This document shows, in pieces, positions 1-10,093 of a DNA stretch of 64,000 nucleotides (position 1 is its first letter; every line of letters begins with the position of its first letter). Position numbers and translations under genes: made by a program. The notes beneath the pieces are model-generated. The model saw nothing but the letters and a program-made list of their open reading frames with translations. It was not told where the DNA came from and ran no database searches. Location of the stretch: assembly GCA_044229975.1 (NCBI GenBank), contig JBGARZ010000008.1, forward strand, positions 224,001 through 288,000, in the 5' to 3' direction. Source of the DNA: Polyangiales bacterium. Lineage in GTDB: Bacteria > Myxococcota_A > Polyangia > Polyangiales > Ga0077539.

Positions 1-1
1 C

Positions 2-1543
2 GTCGGAACGCTCTGCCAATCGGGCGTCTGCGGCTGCCCGACGGGCACCGTCGCGTGCGGCGGGCGCTGCGTGGCGACGGCGACGGACCCGGCCCACTGC
101 GGCGGCTGCGGTCGCGCCTGCGCCGCGGGCCAGTCGTGCCTCGCGGGCGCCTGCGTCGCGTCGTGCGGCGCTGGACCGACGGCCTGCGCCAACGCGTGCG
201 TGAACACCACGACCGACCCGCTCCACTGCGGCAACTGCTCGACGGTCTGCACGCTCGACCAGACGTGCACCTCTGGCGCCTGCGCCTGCCCCACCGGCAC
301 CATCGACTGCGGCGGGACCTGCACCGCGACCGCGAGTGATCCGCTCCACTGCGGCGGCTGCGGGACGGTGTGCCCCGCGGGCACCGGCTGCGTCGAAGGG
401 CGCTGCGCCTGCCCGGCGGGCGCGACCGCGTGCGGCAGCGTGTGCGCCGTCACCAGCAGCGACCCGCGTCACTGCGGCGCCTGCGACACCCCGTGCGGCC
501 CCGGACAGACCTGCGTCGGCGGCGTGTGCGGCGCGCCGTGCCCGACCGGAACCACCGCGTGCGGGACCTTCTGCGCCGACCTCCAGAACGACGTGAACCG
601 CTGCGGCGCCTGCGGCACCCGCTGCGCCGAGGGCCAGTCCTGCACCGCCGGGGTCTGCGCCTGCCCGACCGGCACCACGCTCTGCGGCGGTCGCTGCGTG
701 GCGACCTCCGGCGACGGCGCCAACTGCGGCGCGTGCGGCAACACCTGCGCGGCGGGCCAGCTCTGCGTGTCGGGTGTGTGCGCGTCGGCGTGCGCCGCGG
801 GACAGACGGCGTGCGGCGGTCGCTGCGCCGACCTCGCGACGAGCGCCACCGACTGCGGCGCGTGTGGCAACGCCTGCGCCGATGGCCAGTCGTGCACGCT
901 CGGCGTGTGCGTGAGCCCCTGCGCGGCGGGCGCGACGCTGTGCGGCGGTCGCTGCGTCGACCTGCGCGGCGACCCCAACCACTGCGGCGCCTGCGGGCGG
1001 GCGTGCGGCGCGTCGTCGGCCTGCGTCGGCGGGTCGTGCCTCTGCGCGCTCGGCACCGTGAACTGCGGCGGTGCGTGCGTCTCGACGCTGAGCGACCCCA
1101 ACCACTGCGGCGCCTGCGGCCGCGCGTGCCCCGCGGGTCAGGTGTGCTCGCTGGGCCTCTGCGGGCTCGTCTGCCCGCCGACGTCGACCACCTGCTCGCG
1201 CGCCTGCATCGACCTCTCGGGCAGCGCGCAGAACTGCGGAACCTGCGGCCGCACCTGCCGCAACGACCAGGCCTGTACCGCGGGGACGTGCGCCTGCCCA
1301 TCGGGCCTCACGGACTGCTCGGGCGTGTGCGCCGACACGAGCCGCGACAACACCAACTGCGGCGCGTGCGGGACGCGCTGCACGGCGCCGCGGGTGTGCG
1401 CGTCGGGCGGCTGCGTGTGCCCGTCGGGCCTGACCGAGTGCGGCGGCGCGTGCGTCAACACGACGGGCGACGCGACCAACTGCGGCGCGTGCGGGCTGCG
1501 CTGCGCGACCGGCCAGACGTGCAACGGCGGAACCTGCCGCTGA
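2..1543 (+). CDS. Cys-rich repeat protein (Stig1/MXAN_6577-like repeats), 5'-partial
   Basis: Frame is open from the window edge. It carries about a dozen repeats of C-x-D/T-xxxD-P-x-H/N-CGxCGxxCxxGxxCxxGxC. Confidence 0.85.
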   Translation, partial: VGTLCQSGVCGCPTGTVACGGRCVATATDPAHCGGCGRACAAGQSCLAGACVASCGAGPTACANACVNTTTDPLHCGNCSTVCTLDQTCTSGACACPTGTIDCGGTCTATASDPLHCGGCGTVCPAGTGCVEGRCACPAGATACGSVCAVTSSDPRHCGACDTPCGPGQTCVGGVCGAPCPTGTTACGTFCADLQNDVNRCGACGTRCAEGQSCTAGVCACPTGTTLCGGRCVATSGDGANCGACGNTCAAGQLCVSGVCASACAAGQTACGGRCADLATSATDCGACGNACADGQSCTLGVCVSPCAAGATLCGGRCVDLRGDPNHCGACGRACGASSACVGGSCLCALGTVNCGGACVSTLSDPNHCGACGRACPAGQVCSLGLCGLVCPPTSTTCSRACIDLSGSAQNCGTCGRTCRNDQACTAGTCACPSGLTDCSGVCADTSRDNTNCGACGTRCTAPRVCASGGCVCPSGLTECGGACVNTTGDATNCGACGLRCATGQTCNGGTCR

Positions 1544-1564
1544 CGAATGACTGGGCCGAGCGCG

Positions 1565-1924
1565 CTACAGCACGCGGCGCTCGGCCGTGAGCGCGCCGGG
1601 AGAGTCGCCCGTATTGACGGTGACGCTCGGCTCGATGAGCACGATCTCGGCGCCCTCACTGGACACCGGCTGGTGCCGCACGCCGCGCGGAACGACGTAG
1701 AGCTGACCGGGGCCGAGCGTGACGTCGCCCGCCTCCATGCGAATCGTCAGCGACCCCTTCACGACGAGAAACAACTCATCGGTGTCGGGGTGGCTATGCC
1801 AGGAGAACTCCCCGACGGTCTTCGCGACGCGGACGTCGTAGTCGTTGAGGACGGCCACGGTGCGCGGCTGCCACGGTTCGTGGAAGGTCGCGAGCGCGGC
1901 GCCAAGATCGACGGGGTCGGGCAT
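1565..1924 (-). CDS. Cupin domain protein
   Basis: Cupin motifs GEFSWHSHPDTDELFLV and YVVPRGVRHQP. Confidence 0.9.
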   Translation of the reverse strand: MPDPVDLGAALATFHEPWQPRTVAVLNDYDVRVAKTVGEFSWHSHPDTDELFLVVKGSLTIRMEAGDVTLGPGQLYVVPRGVRHQPVSSEGAEIVLIEPSVTVNTGDSPGALTAERRVL

Positions 1925-1998
1925 GTCCGCAGTATCGAGGCAATGCGCGCTCGATGCTACGGGTGACGCGCGCGCCGGCCTACCATCGCCCTCGCCCG

Positions 1999-3054
1999 AT
2001 GCCCGACACCCACCGCGCCCGTCTCTTCGCCGAGACCCTGCGTTCGCTCGCGGCGCCGCGTCGCGCCGTCCCGCTGGCGCTGGTGTGCGCGTCGCTGTGG
2101 TCGGCCGAGTGGGTCGCCAGCCACTCGCCGCGCGCGATGTTCGTCGACGCCGTGCTCATGGTGCTGTTCTGCGCGTTGGCGCCGGCGCTCTGGCGCTCGC
2201 TCTTCGCGCGACCGCTGCCCTCCCTCGCGCACCACCTCGCGGCCTGGGGCGTCTACGTCGTCGCCTCCGTCGCGGTCGTTGTCAGCGCCGGGGTGCTGCT
2301 CCCTCCGCGCGTCGGCCTCGCGTGGACCTACGTCACCGAGCCGCGCTCGCTCGGCGTTCTGGTGGCGCTCTTCCTCGCGGGGGGCTGGGGCCTCGGTCGC
2401 GACATCGAGCTCGAAGCCACCGCCGACCGCGAGCGCGCCCGCGCCGCGAAGCTCGCCGTCGACGCCGAACACGCGCAGATCCTCGCGCTCCGGGCGCAGC
2501 TCGACCCGCACTTCCTCTTCAACACGCTCAACGCCATCGCCGAGTGGTGCCGCGAAGACCCGGTCGTCGCCGAGCGCGCCATCCTCGACCTCGCCGCCCT
2601 CTTGCGGGCGGTGTTCGACGCGCTCCAGACGCCGGGCTGGTCGCTCGCCCGCGAGCTCGCGCTCCTCCAGCAGCTCGCCGCCCTCTACGCAACGCGCGAC
2701 GCCGGTCGGTATCGCTTCCGCTTCGACGTCGAAGCCGCCGCGACCGCTCGTGACGTCCCGCCGCTGGTGCTGCTGCCGCTCTTCGAAAACGCCATCAAGC
2801 ACGGCCCCGCCGCGGGGCATGATGGCGAGGTCGAGATGCAGGTGCGCGCGCAGAACGGAGACGCCGTCGTGTCCATCGAAAACCCCGGCGCCTTCGGTGG
2901 TCCGCGCGACGGGGCGCAGGGGCTGGCGAGCGTCGAGCGCAGACTCGTCCTGGCCTACGGCGAAGACACCCGCGCAGTCTTCGCCTCCACCGACACGAGC
3001 ACCCGCGTGACGGTGCACCTCCCGCCGCAGACGCTCGAAGAGGTCGCTCCATGA
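1999..3054 (+). CDS. LytS/YehU-family membrane sensor histidine kinase
   Basis: N-terminal TM segments, LRAQLDPHFLFNTLNAI H-box, PLFENAIKHG N-box and GLASVERRL. Confidence 0.9.
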   Translation: MPDTHRARLFAETLRSLAAPRRAVPLALVCASLWSAEWVASHSPRAMFVDAVLMVLFCALAPALWRSLFARPLPSLAHHLAAWGVYVVASVAVVVSAGVLLPPRVGLAWTYVTEPRSLGVLVALFLAGGWGLGRDIELEATADRERARAAKLAVDAEHAQILALRAQLDPHFLFNTLNAIAEWCREDPVVAERAILDLAALLRAVFDALQTPGWSLARELALLQQLAALYATRDAGRYRFRFDVEAAATARDVPPLVLLPLFENAIKHGPAAGHDGEVEMQVRAQNGDAVVSIENPGAFGGPRDGAQGLASVERRLVLAYGEDTRAVFASTDTSTRVTVHLPPQTLEEVAP

Positions 3055-3791
3055 CAGCGCTCAAGGTGCTCATCGCCGACGACGAGGAGATGGCCCGTCG
3101 ACGCCTGCGACGGTTGCTCTCCGAGCTGCGCGACGTGGAGGTCGTGGCGGACTGCTCGACCGGCGCGGCGGCGCTCTCGATGCTGGAGTCCGTCGACGTC
3201 GACGTGGCCGTGCTCGACGTGCAGATGCCCGGGCTCTCGGGGCTCGGCGTCTCGCAGGCGGCCGCGGAGCTCGGCGTCGAGGTGATCTTCGCGACGGCGC
3301 ACCCCGAGCACGCGGTCGCCGCGTTTGCCCATGGGGTGATCGACTATGTGCTGAAGCCCGTCGGCGCCGAGCGCCTCGCCGTCGCCATCGAGCGCGCGCG
3401 GTCGCGGGTGCAGCAGCCCGCGGTGCGCGGTGAGGTCGAGACTCCCACGGCAGCGAAGGGTGCGATCGATCGGCTGGCGATCACGGTCAACGGCGAGGTG
3501 CGGCTGTTGGTTCCGTCGGAGGTGGCGTTTGCGATGCTCGACGGGGCGCTGGTGCGGCTGCGCGTCGGGGACGAGATCGTCTGGACGGAGCTCACCCTGC
3601 AAGAGCTCGAAGTGCGGCTGACGAGCAAAGGTTTCTTGCGGGTGCACCGGCGCGCGCTGCTGAACCTGGCGCACGTCGATCGACTCCGACCGCTGCCGAC
3701 GGGCGGCTACGTCGCGCTCACCCGCACGGGCGACGAGGTCCCGGTGTCGCGCCAGGAGGCACGGCGGCTGCGACAGCGGCTGGGGCTGTGA
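3051..3791 (+). CDS. LytTR-family response regulator
   Basis: Receiver domain (IADDE, LDVQMPG, YVLKP) plus LytTR domain (FLRVHR, VPVSR). ATGA overlap with the kinase gene. Confidence 0.93.
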   Translation: MTALKVLIADDEEMARRRLRRLLSELRDVEVVADCSTGAAALSMLESVDVDVAVLDVQMPGLSGLGVSQAAAELGVEVIFATAHPEHAVAAFAHGVIDYVLKPVGAERLAVAIERARSRVQQPAVRGEVETPTAAKGAIDRLAITVNGEVRLLVPSEVAFAMLDGALVRLRVGDEIVWTELTLQELEVRLTSKGFLRVHRRALLNLAHVDRLRPLPTGGYVALTRTGDEVPVSRQEARRLRQRLGL

Positions 3792-3799
3792 GGGCAGTG

Positions 3800-4024
3800 G
3801 CCGGAGTTCGCGTGAGCCCATGAGCCGAGGTGCAGGCGCTCACTCCGGGCTATTTCACGCGGTCACCTCGCTGCGCGAGGTTGCAGGAACTCTCGATCAA
3901 CGATGGAAGGTCGATGGGTTGCTCGTTGAATCCGGTGCTGCAACCTCGCGCAGCGAGGTGACCGCGTGAAATAGCCCGGAGTGAGCGCCTGCACCTCGGC
4001 TCATGGGCTCACGCGAACTCCGGC
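3800..4024. repeat. Perfect 87-bp inverted repeat with 51-bp spacer (REPIN/MITE-like)
   Basis: 3800-3886 is the exact reverse complement of 3938-4024. Confidence 0.9.
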
Positions 4025-4084
4025 GACGAGCACGGCAGCCTCCCAGAGGAAATCAGATCACCGAACCCCTCAATCGCTTTCGCG

Positions 4085-4114
4085 ACCGTTCGTTGGGTGC
4101 GCGCGACCGTCCAT
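4085..4114 (+). promoter_or_regulatory. Putative LytTR binding site (9-12-9 direct repeat)
   Basis: ACCGTTCGT-N12-ACCGTCCAT about 80 nt upstream of the ATG at 4192. Spacing matches LytTR sites and the first half-site matches the AlgR-type core. Confidence 0.7.
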
Positions 4115-4191
4115 GAACCAGCTCACGGCGGTCCGTGCCCGTCCGCGCGAGAGGAGACCCCGCCTGTCCCCTCTCGCCCGGAGATCCCACC

Positions 4192-5556
4192 ATGTCGCGA
4201 TTCCGCCGCATCTACCGACTGCTCCGCTTCGTCGTCGCGCTTCCCCTCTTCCTGTGGCCGGGCCTGCTGCTCGTCCGCGACCTCGCCGACCCTGCCCTGC
4301 GCGGCCCCGGCATTCCCCGCCGCGCCCGCGCGCTCCACGCCACGCTCACGCCGCGCATCGCCACCTGGGCCCGCGAGCGCGTCGCCTCACGCCGCGCCGA
4401 ACACGTCGCCCTCCACGACGTCGCCACCACCGAGTGGCCGATGTTCACGGCCGTCTACTACCTCATGGCGACCGAGGCCCTCGTGGTCGACTGGGAGGCG
4501 CACGGCCGACGCGGACCATCGCCCGCCGTCGAAAGCGCCGAGGCCGTCGCGGCGTCGCGAGCCCTCCTCATCGACCCGTCGCATCACAGCTGGGTCCGCC
4601 GACACTGGGGCCCCAACTACCTCCACGAGCAGAACGTCTTCTTCCGCAGCCTGCTCATCGCCGGCCTCACGAGCCACGAGCGCATCACCCACGACGGAAC
4701 CTCCCTCCCCATGTTGCGCGACCAGGTGGAGACGCTGAGCGCTGCCCTCGACGCCTCACCGCTCGGCGTTCTGGAGGACTACCCCCACGAGACCTACCCC
4801 ATCGACGTGCTCGCCGCGATCGGCCTCATCCGTCGCGCCGACGCCGTGCTCGGAACCGACCACTCCGCCTTCATCACCCGCTCGCGCCGCGCCTTCGTCG
4901 GGCCCATGGCCGACGACCTCGGGCTCGTCCCCTACCGCATGGACCTCCCCAGCGGCGAGCACGTGCAACCCTCGCGCGGCATCGGCATGTCGTGGGTGTT
5001 GCAGTTCGTCCCCGACGTCTACGGAACCACCACCGCCCGCGACTGGTACGGCCGCTACGAGCGCAGCTTCTACCAGCAGCGCCACTGGGCCGAGGGGTTC
5101 CGCGAGTACCCCCGCCGTCGCAACGACGAGCGCTTCACCTTCGAGATCGACGCGGGTCCCATCGTCGACGGCTTCGGCACCTCGGCGAGCGCGTTTGGCA
5201 TCGCGGCGGCGCGGCGCAACGGGCGCTTCGACCACGGCTTCGCGCTCGCGGCGGAGTTCTGCGCGTCGGCCTGGACGCTGCCCGACGGCACGCTGCTCTT
5301 CCCGCGTCTGGCGTCGCACGCCACCGCCGCGCCGTACCTCGGCGAAGCCGCGAGCCTCTACTTCCTCACGGTGCAGCCCGCGCCCGGCATGCCCATCGTT
5401 CCTGCGAAGGGCATTCCCGGGCTCGCGTACATCGGGCTGCTCATCTTCTTCGGGACGCCCCTCTGGACGTGGCGTCGTTGGCGCGCGGCGGTGCGAGCCA
5501 CCACGCCGCCCGGATCAGTACGGCAGCGTCGCGGCGATGCGCGCGTTGCCTCGTAG
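4192..5556 (+). CDS. Membrane-anchored protein, possibly linalool dehydratase/isomerase-like (alpha/alpha barrel)
   Basis: GGAGA RBS and N- and C-terminal hydrophobic segments. Motifs LEDYPHETYPID, GFREYP and DAGPIVDGFG; family assignment is from memory. Confidence 0.6.
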   Translation: MSRFRRIYRLLRFVVALPLFLWPGLLLVRDLADPALRGPGIPRRARALHATLTPRIATWARERVASRRAEHVALHDVATTEWPMFTAVYYLMATEALVVDWEAHGRRGPSPAVESAEAVAASRALLIDPSHHSWVRRHWGPNYLHEQNVFFRSLLIAGLTSHERITHDGTSLPMLRDQVETLSAALDASPLGVLEDYPHETYPIDVLAAIGLIRRADAVLGTDHSAFITRSRRAFVGPMADDLGLVPYRMDLPSGEHVQPSRGIGMSWVLQFVPDVYGTTTARDWYGRYERSFYQQRHWAEGFREYPRRRNDERFTFEIDAGPIVDGFGTSASAFGIAAARRNGRFDHGFALAAEFCASAWTLPDGTLLFPRLASHATAAPYLGEAASLYFLTVQPAPGMPIVPAKGIPGLAYIGLLIFFGTPLWTWRRWRAAVRATTPPGSVRQRRGDARVAS

Positions 5557-6732
5557 GGCTGCCTCGACGCCCTCGCCGATCTCGGGCCCGTGCCACCAGA
5601 GGTACTTCAGCTTCGGGCAGGCGCCGTCGACGAGCAGCCTGGCGTTGGCGAGGTCGAGGCCAGAACCCAGCTCCAATCGCTCGACGTTGGCGAGCGCGGG
5701 AGAGCGCAGCACGGCGCCGAGCCCGGCCGGGGTCATGCCCGTCATGCCGAGCGCGAGCGACTTGAAGCGCTGGCCGCTCGACGCGATGGCCCGCGCCCCA
5801 TCGTCGCCGACGTCCGTCGCAGCGACGCTGAGGGTGTGGAGCGCGGGCGTCTGCGACAGCAGCGCCTCCAGGCCCGCCGCGCCGACGGTGGTGTTGTGGA
5901 TCAGGAGCGACTCCAGCGCAGGCAGCGCCGACATCCAGGCAGAGGGCGTCTCCGCGACGCGGTTGTGGCTCAGGCGCAGCCAGCGGAGCCGACGGGTCGC
6001 ATCGCCCGCCGCGAGCAGGTCGAGCGCGACGTCCGAGAGCTTGTTGTCCTGGAGGTTGAGCCAGGTGAGGCGGCGCGCCCACTCCATCTCGCCGAGCGCC
6101 CGCGCGGCGGAGGCGTCGAGGTCGTTGAAGCCCAGGTGCACGGCCGTGAGCGCGGCGAAGCCCGGCGCCTTCGCGAGCCCCAGGAGGCCCGCTTCGCCCA
6201 TGCGGTTCTGTTCGAGGTTGAGCTGTTCGAGATGGCTGAAGTCGGCGGCGCCCAGCACCTTGAGCGCGGGCGCCTTCATCTCGCAGGTCCACAGGCGCAG
6301 GGCGCGCCACTGCCGCCACGTTCCGTCGCCCTTGAGCGCCTTGAGAAAGCCGGCGGAGACCTTCGCCTGCTCGAAGCCCACCTGCGCGACGTGGGCGAGC
6401 CGCGCTCCGGGGTCGAGCAGGCACTCCAGCTTCTGGGTTCGCATCGGTCGTCGCGGGCTGTCGATGATGCGCGCCACGTCATGCCTGGGCGCGTACTGCC
6501 CCGAGTAGATCTCCTTCACCCAGTGCGGCGGCGCGCGTCGCAGCTCGATGCCCGGGTCGATGTTGAAGCCAGTCCACGGATCGAGCGTCGTCGGCCAGTG
6601 CGCGGAGGCGGCCTCGAACTCCCGCACCGCGGTCTCCTGCTCCGCGTGGTCGAGGGCGTCGAGCGCCCGGGTGATCTGCGTCCAGCGTTCGTGGGTGGGC
6701 GTTCCGGCGGCGAGGCTGCTCAGGGTCGACAT
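5515..6732 (-). CDS. Leucine-rich repeat protein (RI-like LRRs)
   Basis: Repeats LEQLNLEQNRM, LTWLNLQDNKL, LRWLRLSHNRV and LESLLIHNTTV. Start at MSTLSS; the 3' end overlaps the convergent gene by about 42 bp. Confidence 0.8.
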   Translation of the reverse strand: MSTLSSLAAGTPTHERWTQITRALDALDHAEQETAVREFEAASAHWPTTLDPWTGFNIDPGIELRRAPPHWVKEIYSGQYAPRHDVARIIDSPRRPMRTQKLECLLDPGARLAHVAQVGFEQAKVSAGFLKALKGDGTWRQWRALRLWTCEMKAPALKVLGAADFSHLEQLNLEQNRMGEAGLLGLAKAPGFAALTAVHLGFNDLDASAARALGEMEWARRLTWLNLQDNKLSDVALDLLAAGDATRRLRWLRLSHNRVAETPSAWMSALPALESLLIHNTTVGAAGLEALLSQTPALHTLSVAATDVGDDGARAIASSGQRFKSLALGMTGMTPAGLGAVLRSPALANVERLELGSGLDLANARLLVDGACPKLKYLWWHGPEIGEGVEAALRGNARIAATLPY

Positions 6733-6749
6733 CGGGCTTCGATAACACG

Positions 6750-7663
6750 CTACGACCGCGCGCCACCGAGGTGCTCGTGGCAGAGGGCCGCGAGTCGCTC
6801 GATGACCCACCGCGTCGCGGGCCCCGCAGCGAGGTCGGGCCGATGCACCAGCGAGAGCTTGAGCCGGTGCTCGTCGTCGGCCCACGCCGCCGGGCGCAGC
6901 CGCACGAGGCGTCCCTTCTCCAGGTCGCGTCGCGCGAGGTGCTCTGGCAGGTTGCCCCACCCGAGGCCCGCGCGGATGAGCGCGTGGCGCGTCGTCATGT
7001 CGACCACCCGCCACGTGTGCAGCGACAACACACCCTGGTCGGGCGCCCGCTCGTCGCCGCGCTCCGACAGGACGATCTGCGTCTCGGCCGAGAGCCGCGC
7101 GCTCGACACCCGCCCGCGCACCGACGCCAACGGATGCGACGGCGCCACCACCGGAACGAGCTGCACCGCCGCCAGCGGTCGACGCTCCAGTCCCGGGTCG
7201 GAAGCGGTCGGGCCCGCCACGCCGAGCAGGCAGGTGCCGTCGAGCACGCGCGCCCCCACCGCGCGCATCGTCTCGGTGTGCACCCTCAACGGAACCGTCG
7301 GAAACGCCCTCGCGAACTCCCGGCACAGCGCGACCAGCGCCGTCGTCGGGAAGATGGCGTCGACGCAGAGGGAGGCCGCGGGCTCCAGGCCCCCGACGAG
7401 CCCCTCGGCGAGCGAGCGAAGGGCGTCCGCGTCGCCGCACACCTTGCGCGCGGCGGCCAGCACCGCGGCGCCCTGCGGCGTGAGCGTGGGGACGCGGGTG
7501 GCGCGGTCCCACAGCGCGAGCCCGAGCTGCGCTTCGAGGGAGGCGACGGCGTGGCTGACGGAGGACTGCGCGCGGCGCAACCGTCGCGCGGCGGCCGAGA
7601 AGCTCCCGGTCTCGGCGACGGTCACCAGCACGCGGAGCTGGTCGAGGGTGATCGCGTCGGCGG

Positions 7664-7667
<4 letters not shown>
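6750..7667 (-). CDS. LysR-family transcriptional regulator
   Basis: HTH TLDQLRVLVTVAETGSFSAAARRL..AQSSVS plus substrate-binding domain (AGLGWGNLP). Confidence 0.95.
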
Positions 7668-8359
<692 letters not shown>

Positions 8360-8428
8360 TGGTGACCTCACGACAGGGAACATGAGCCCTCCCGACCATC
8401 GACGAAACTGGTATTCGGTCGATGCGTA

Positions 8429-8447
8429 CCATCGACATGGTCGATGG
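8429..8447. promoter_or_regulatory. Putative LysR operator (ATC-N9-GAT palindrome)
   Basis: CCATCGAC-ATG-GTCGATGG upstream of the pirin-lysR operon, with further ATCGAC/GTCGAT half-sites at 8398-8423. Confidence 0.6.
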
Positions 8448-8592
8448 GTGGAATGGACAACCGGGAGGGCGAGAGCGCGAGGTCTCGGGCGTAGGAGGGG
8501 TCGGTGCGATCGACGGCCAGGGGGTCGTGTTTTGGGCCCACGCCGCGGCGTCAGCGCGGCGCGCAACGGTCAGGCTCGCAGTCGCGCGCCCT

Positions 8593-9534
8593 CTACACGC
8601 CGGCGGGCTCGATCTGGCAGCGGGCGCGGGCCTCGTCGAGGGGGAGGGTCATGAGGGGCCAGTAGTCCCACTGGTGGGTCACGTCGACGTTGCAGCGGGC
8701 GCCGCGCTCGATGGCCCAGAGCACCTTCGCGGGGTCGAAGTTGCCCACCTCGGGGTCGACGGGCGGCGAGATCTTGATGCCGTGGTGAAACTGCAACAGC
8801 ACGAACTGGAGGAAGAAGAAGCCGTCGTCGCGGCGGTTGCCCGCCTGGAAGGAGCCCTGCTGGATCTCGCCCGACGGCGTCGTGTCGTGGTTGGCCAGCA
8901 CGTGCGCGATGTCGTGATACGCGACCGAGTCGGGGATGCCCTCGGGCTCACCGGGGAAGTTGAACCCGAGCTTCGTCAGGTGCTTCCAGTACTCGCGGCC
9001 GAGCGTCCCGTCGGGCAGCAGCCCCAGGCGCTTGTACTTCGACAGCTTGTCGGCGTTGACGCGGGCGCGCAGCAGGATCGCCCCGGCGAAGCGCAGCACC
9101 CCCCAGACGCCCTCGGCCGTGTAGGCCTCCCGCAGCATCGCCGTGAGCCCGCGCCGGGCGGTGAGCAGCCGCGCCCTGTTTCGAGCGCCCCGGGCGAGGG
9201 CGCGCAGCACCGCGACCACCGGCTCGCCCACGCCGAGCGCGCGATCGAGCGCGGCGACGAAGTCCACCGAGGCCGCGCGGACGGGGTTGTTCAGGAGCAC
9301 CGCCACCGCCGCGAGCTGCACCAGTCGCTTGCGGGCGTTGGACCCGTCGATGCGAACGTCGGCCGGTCGCGCGGGCGGCGGGTCGCCAGCGGGCAGCGTG
9401 TAGCCCGTGATGGCCGCGTAGGTTTCGAGAAAGGCGCGCTCGGGGGCGAGCAGATCAGGGGCCGGGCTCAGGGCGGTGCGGAGCACCTGGAAGACCTCAT
9501 CGAGCTGCTCACGGGAGAAGACGTTGATGTTCAT
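8593..9534 (-). CDS. Coq4-like metal-binding protein
   Basis: LPDGTLGREY...HDIAHVL..HDTTPSGEI resembles the Coq4 HDxxH-x11-E motif. Coupled to marR by an ATGA overlap. Confidence 0.65.
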   Translation of the reverse strand: MNINVFSREQLDEVFQVLRTALSPAPDLLAPERAFLETYAAITGYTLPAGDPPPARPADVRIDGSNARKRLVQLAAVAVLLNNPVRAASVDFVAALDRALGVGEPVVAVLRALARGARNRARLLTARRGLTAMLREAYTAEGVWGVLRFAGAILLRARVNADKLSKYKRLGLLPDGTLGREYWKHLTKLGFNFPGEPEGIPDSVAYHDIAHVLANHDTTPSGEIQQGSFQAGNRRDDGFFFLQFVLLQFHHGIKISPPVDPEVGNFDPAKVLWAIERGARCNVDVTHQWDYWPLMTLPLDEARARCQIEPAGV

Positions 9535-9977
9535 GGCGAACGCTCCTTCTTGAACTGCGAAACAACGGCGAACATCTGCTGGGACATGGGAGCCGGCAGG
9601 GTGGAGGCGACCTCGACGATGGCCGCGACGCGCTCGACGCTCATCTGGTCGAGGAGGCGCTCGCCGGCCTTGCTGCACGTGATGACCCGGGCGCGCTTGT
9701 CGTTCGGGTCGGCGCGACGCAGCACCAGCCGCCGGGCGACGAGGCCGGTGACGATGCGGCTCGCGGCGGAGACCGAGACCTCCAGCCGCGCGGCGAGCGC
9801 CTGCACCGAGATGCCTCGCTCGCGACCGACGATGTGCAGCGCGGCGACCTCGGCGATGGTGAAGTTGCTCTGGGCGAGGTAGGCGCTGAGCTTTCGCAGG
9901 ATGTGCGTGAACATCTCGCGCGTCAGCCGCTCGATGGGGGTCCCGAGGATGGCGTCGTCGTGCTCCACGAACGGCAT
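9531..9977 (-). CDS. MarR-family transcriptional regulator
   Basis: wHTH LAARLEVSVSAASRIVTGLVARRLV and DPNDKRAR. Confidence 0.9.
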   Translation of the reverse strand: MPFVEHDDAILGTPIERLTREMFTHILRKLSAYLAQSNFTIAEVAALHIVGRERGISVQALAARLEVSVSAASRIVTGLVARRLVLRRADPNDKRARVITCSKAGERLLDQMSVERVAAIVEVASTLPAPMSQQMFAVVSQFKKERSP

Positions 9978-10012
9978 CAATGGGCGATGCTTGCGAGCTG
10001 ACAAGGATGTAG

Positions 10013-10026
10013 TTGCGATGTCGCAA
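10013..10026. promoter_or_regulatory. Putative MarR operator palindrome
   Basis: TTGCGA-TG-TCGCAA in the divergent intergenic region upstream of marR. Confidence 0.55.
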
Positions 10027-10093
10027 TCATTTTCGTGGCGACCGGGGGAGGGACATCGCCGGGGCTGCGCTTCGGGTAGTAGCGTCGTCCGCC

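Noticed and set aside
2..1543. CxxC-rich protein as a multiheme cytochrome or ferredoxin
   Set aside because: There are no CxxCH motifs; the pattern fits disulfide-rich extracellular repeats.
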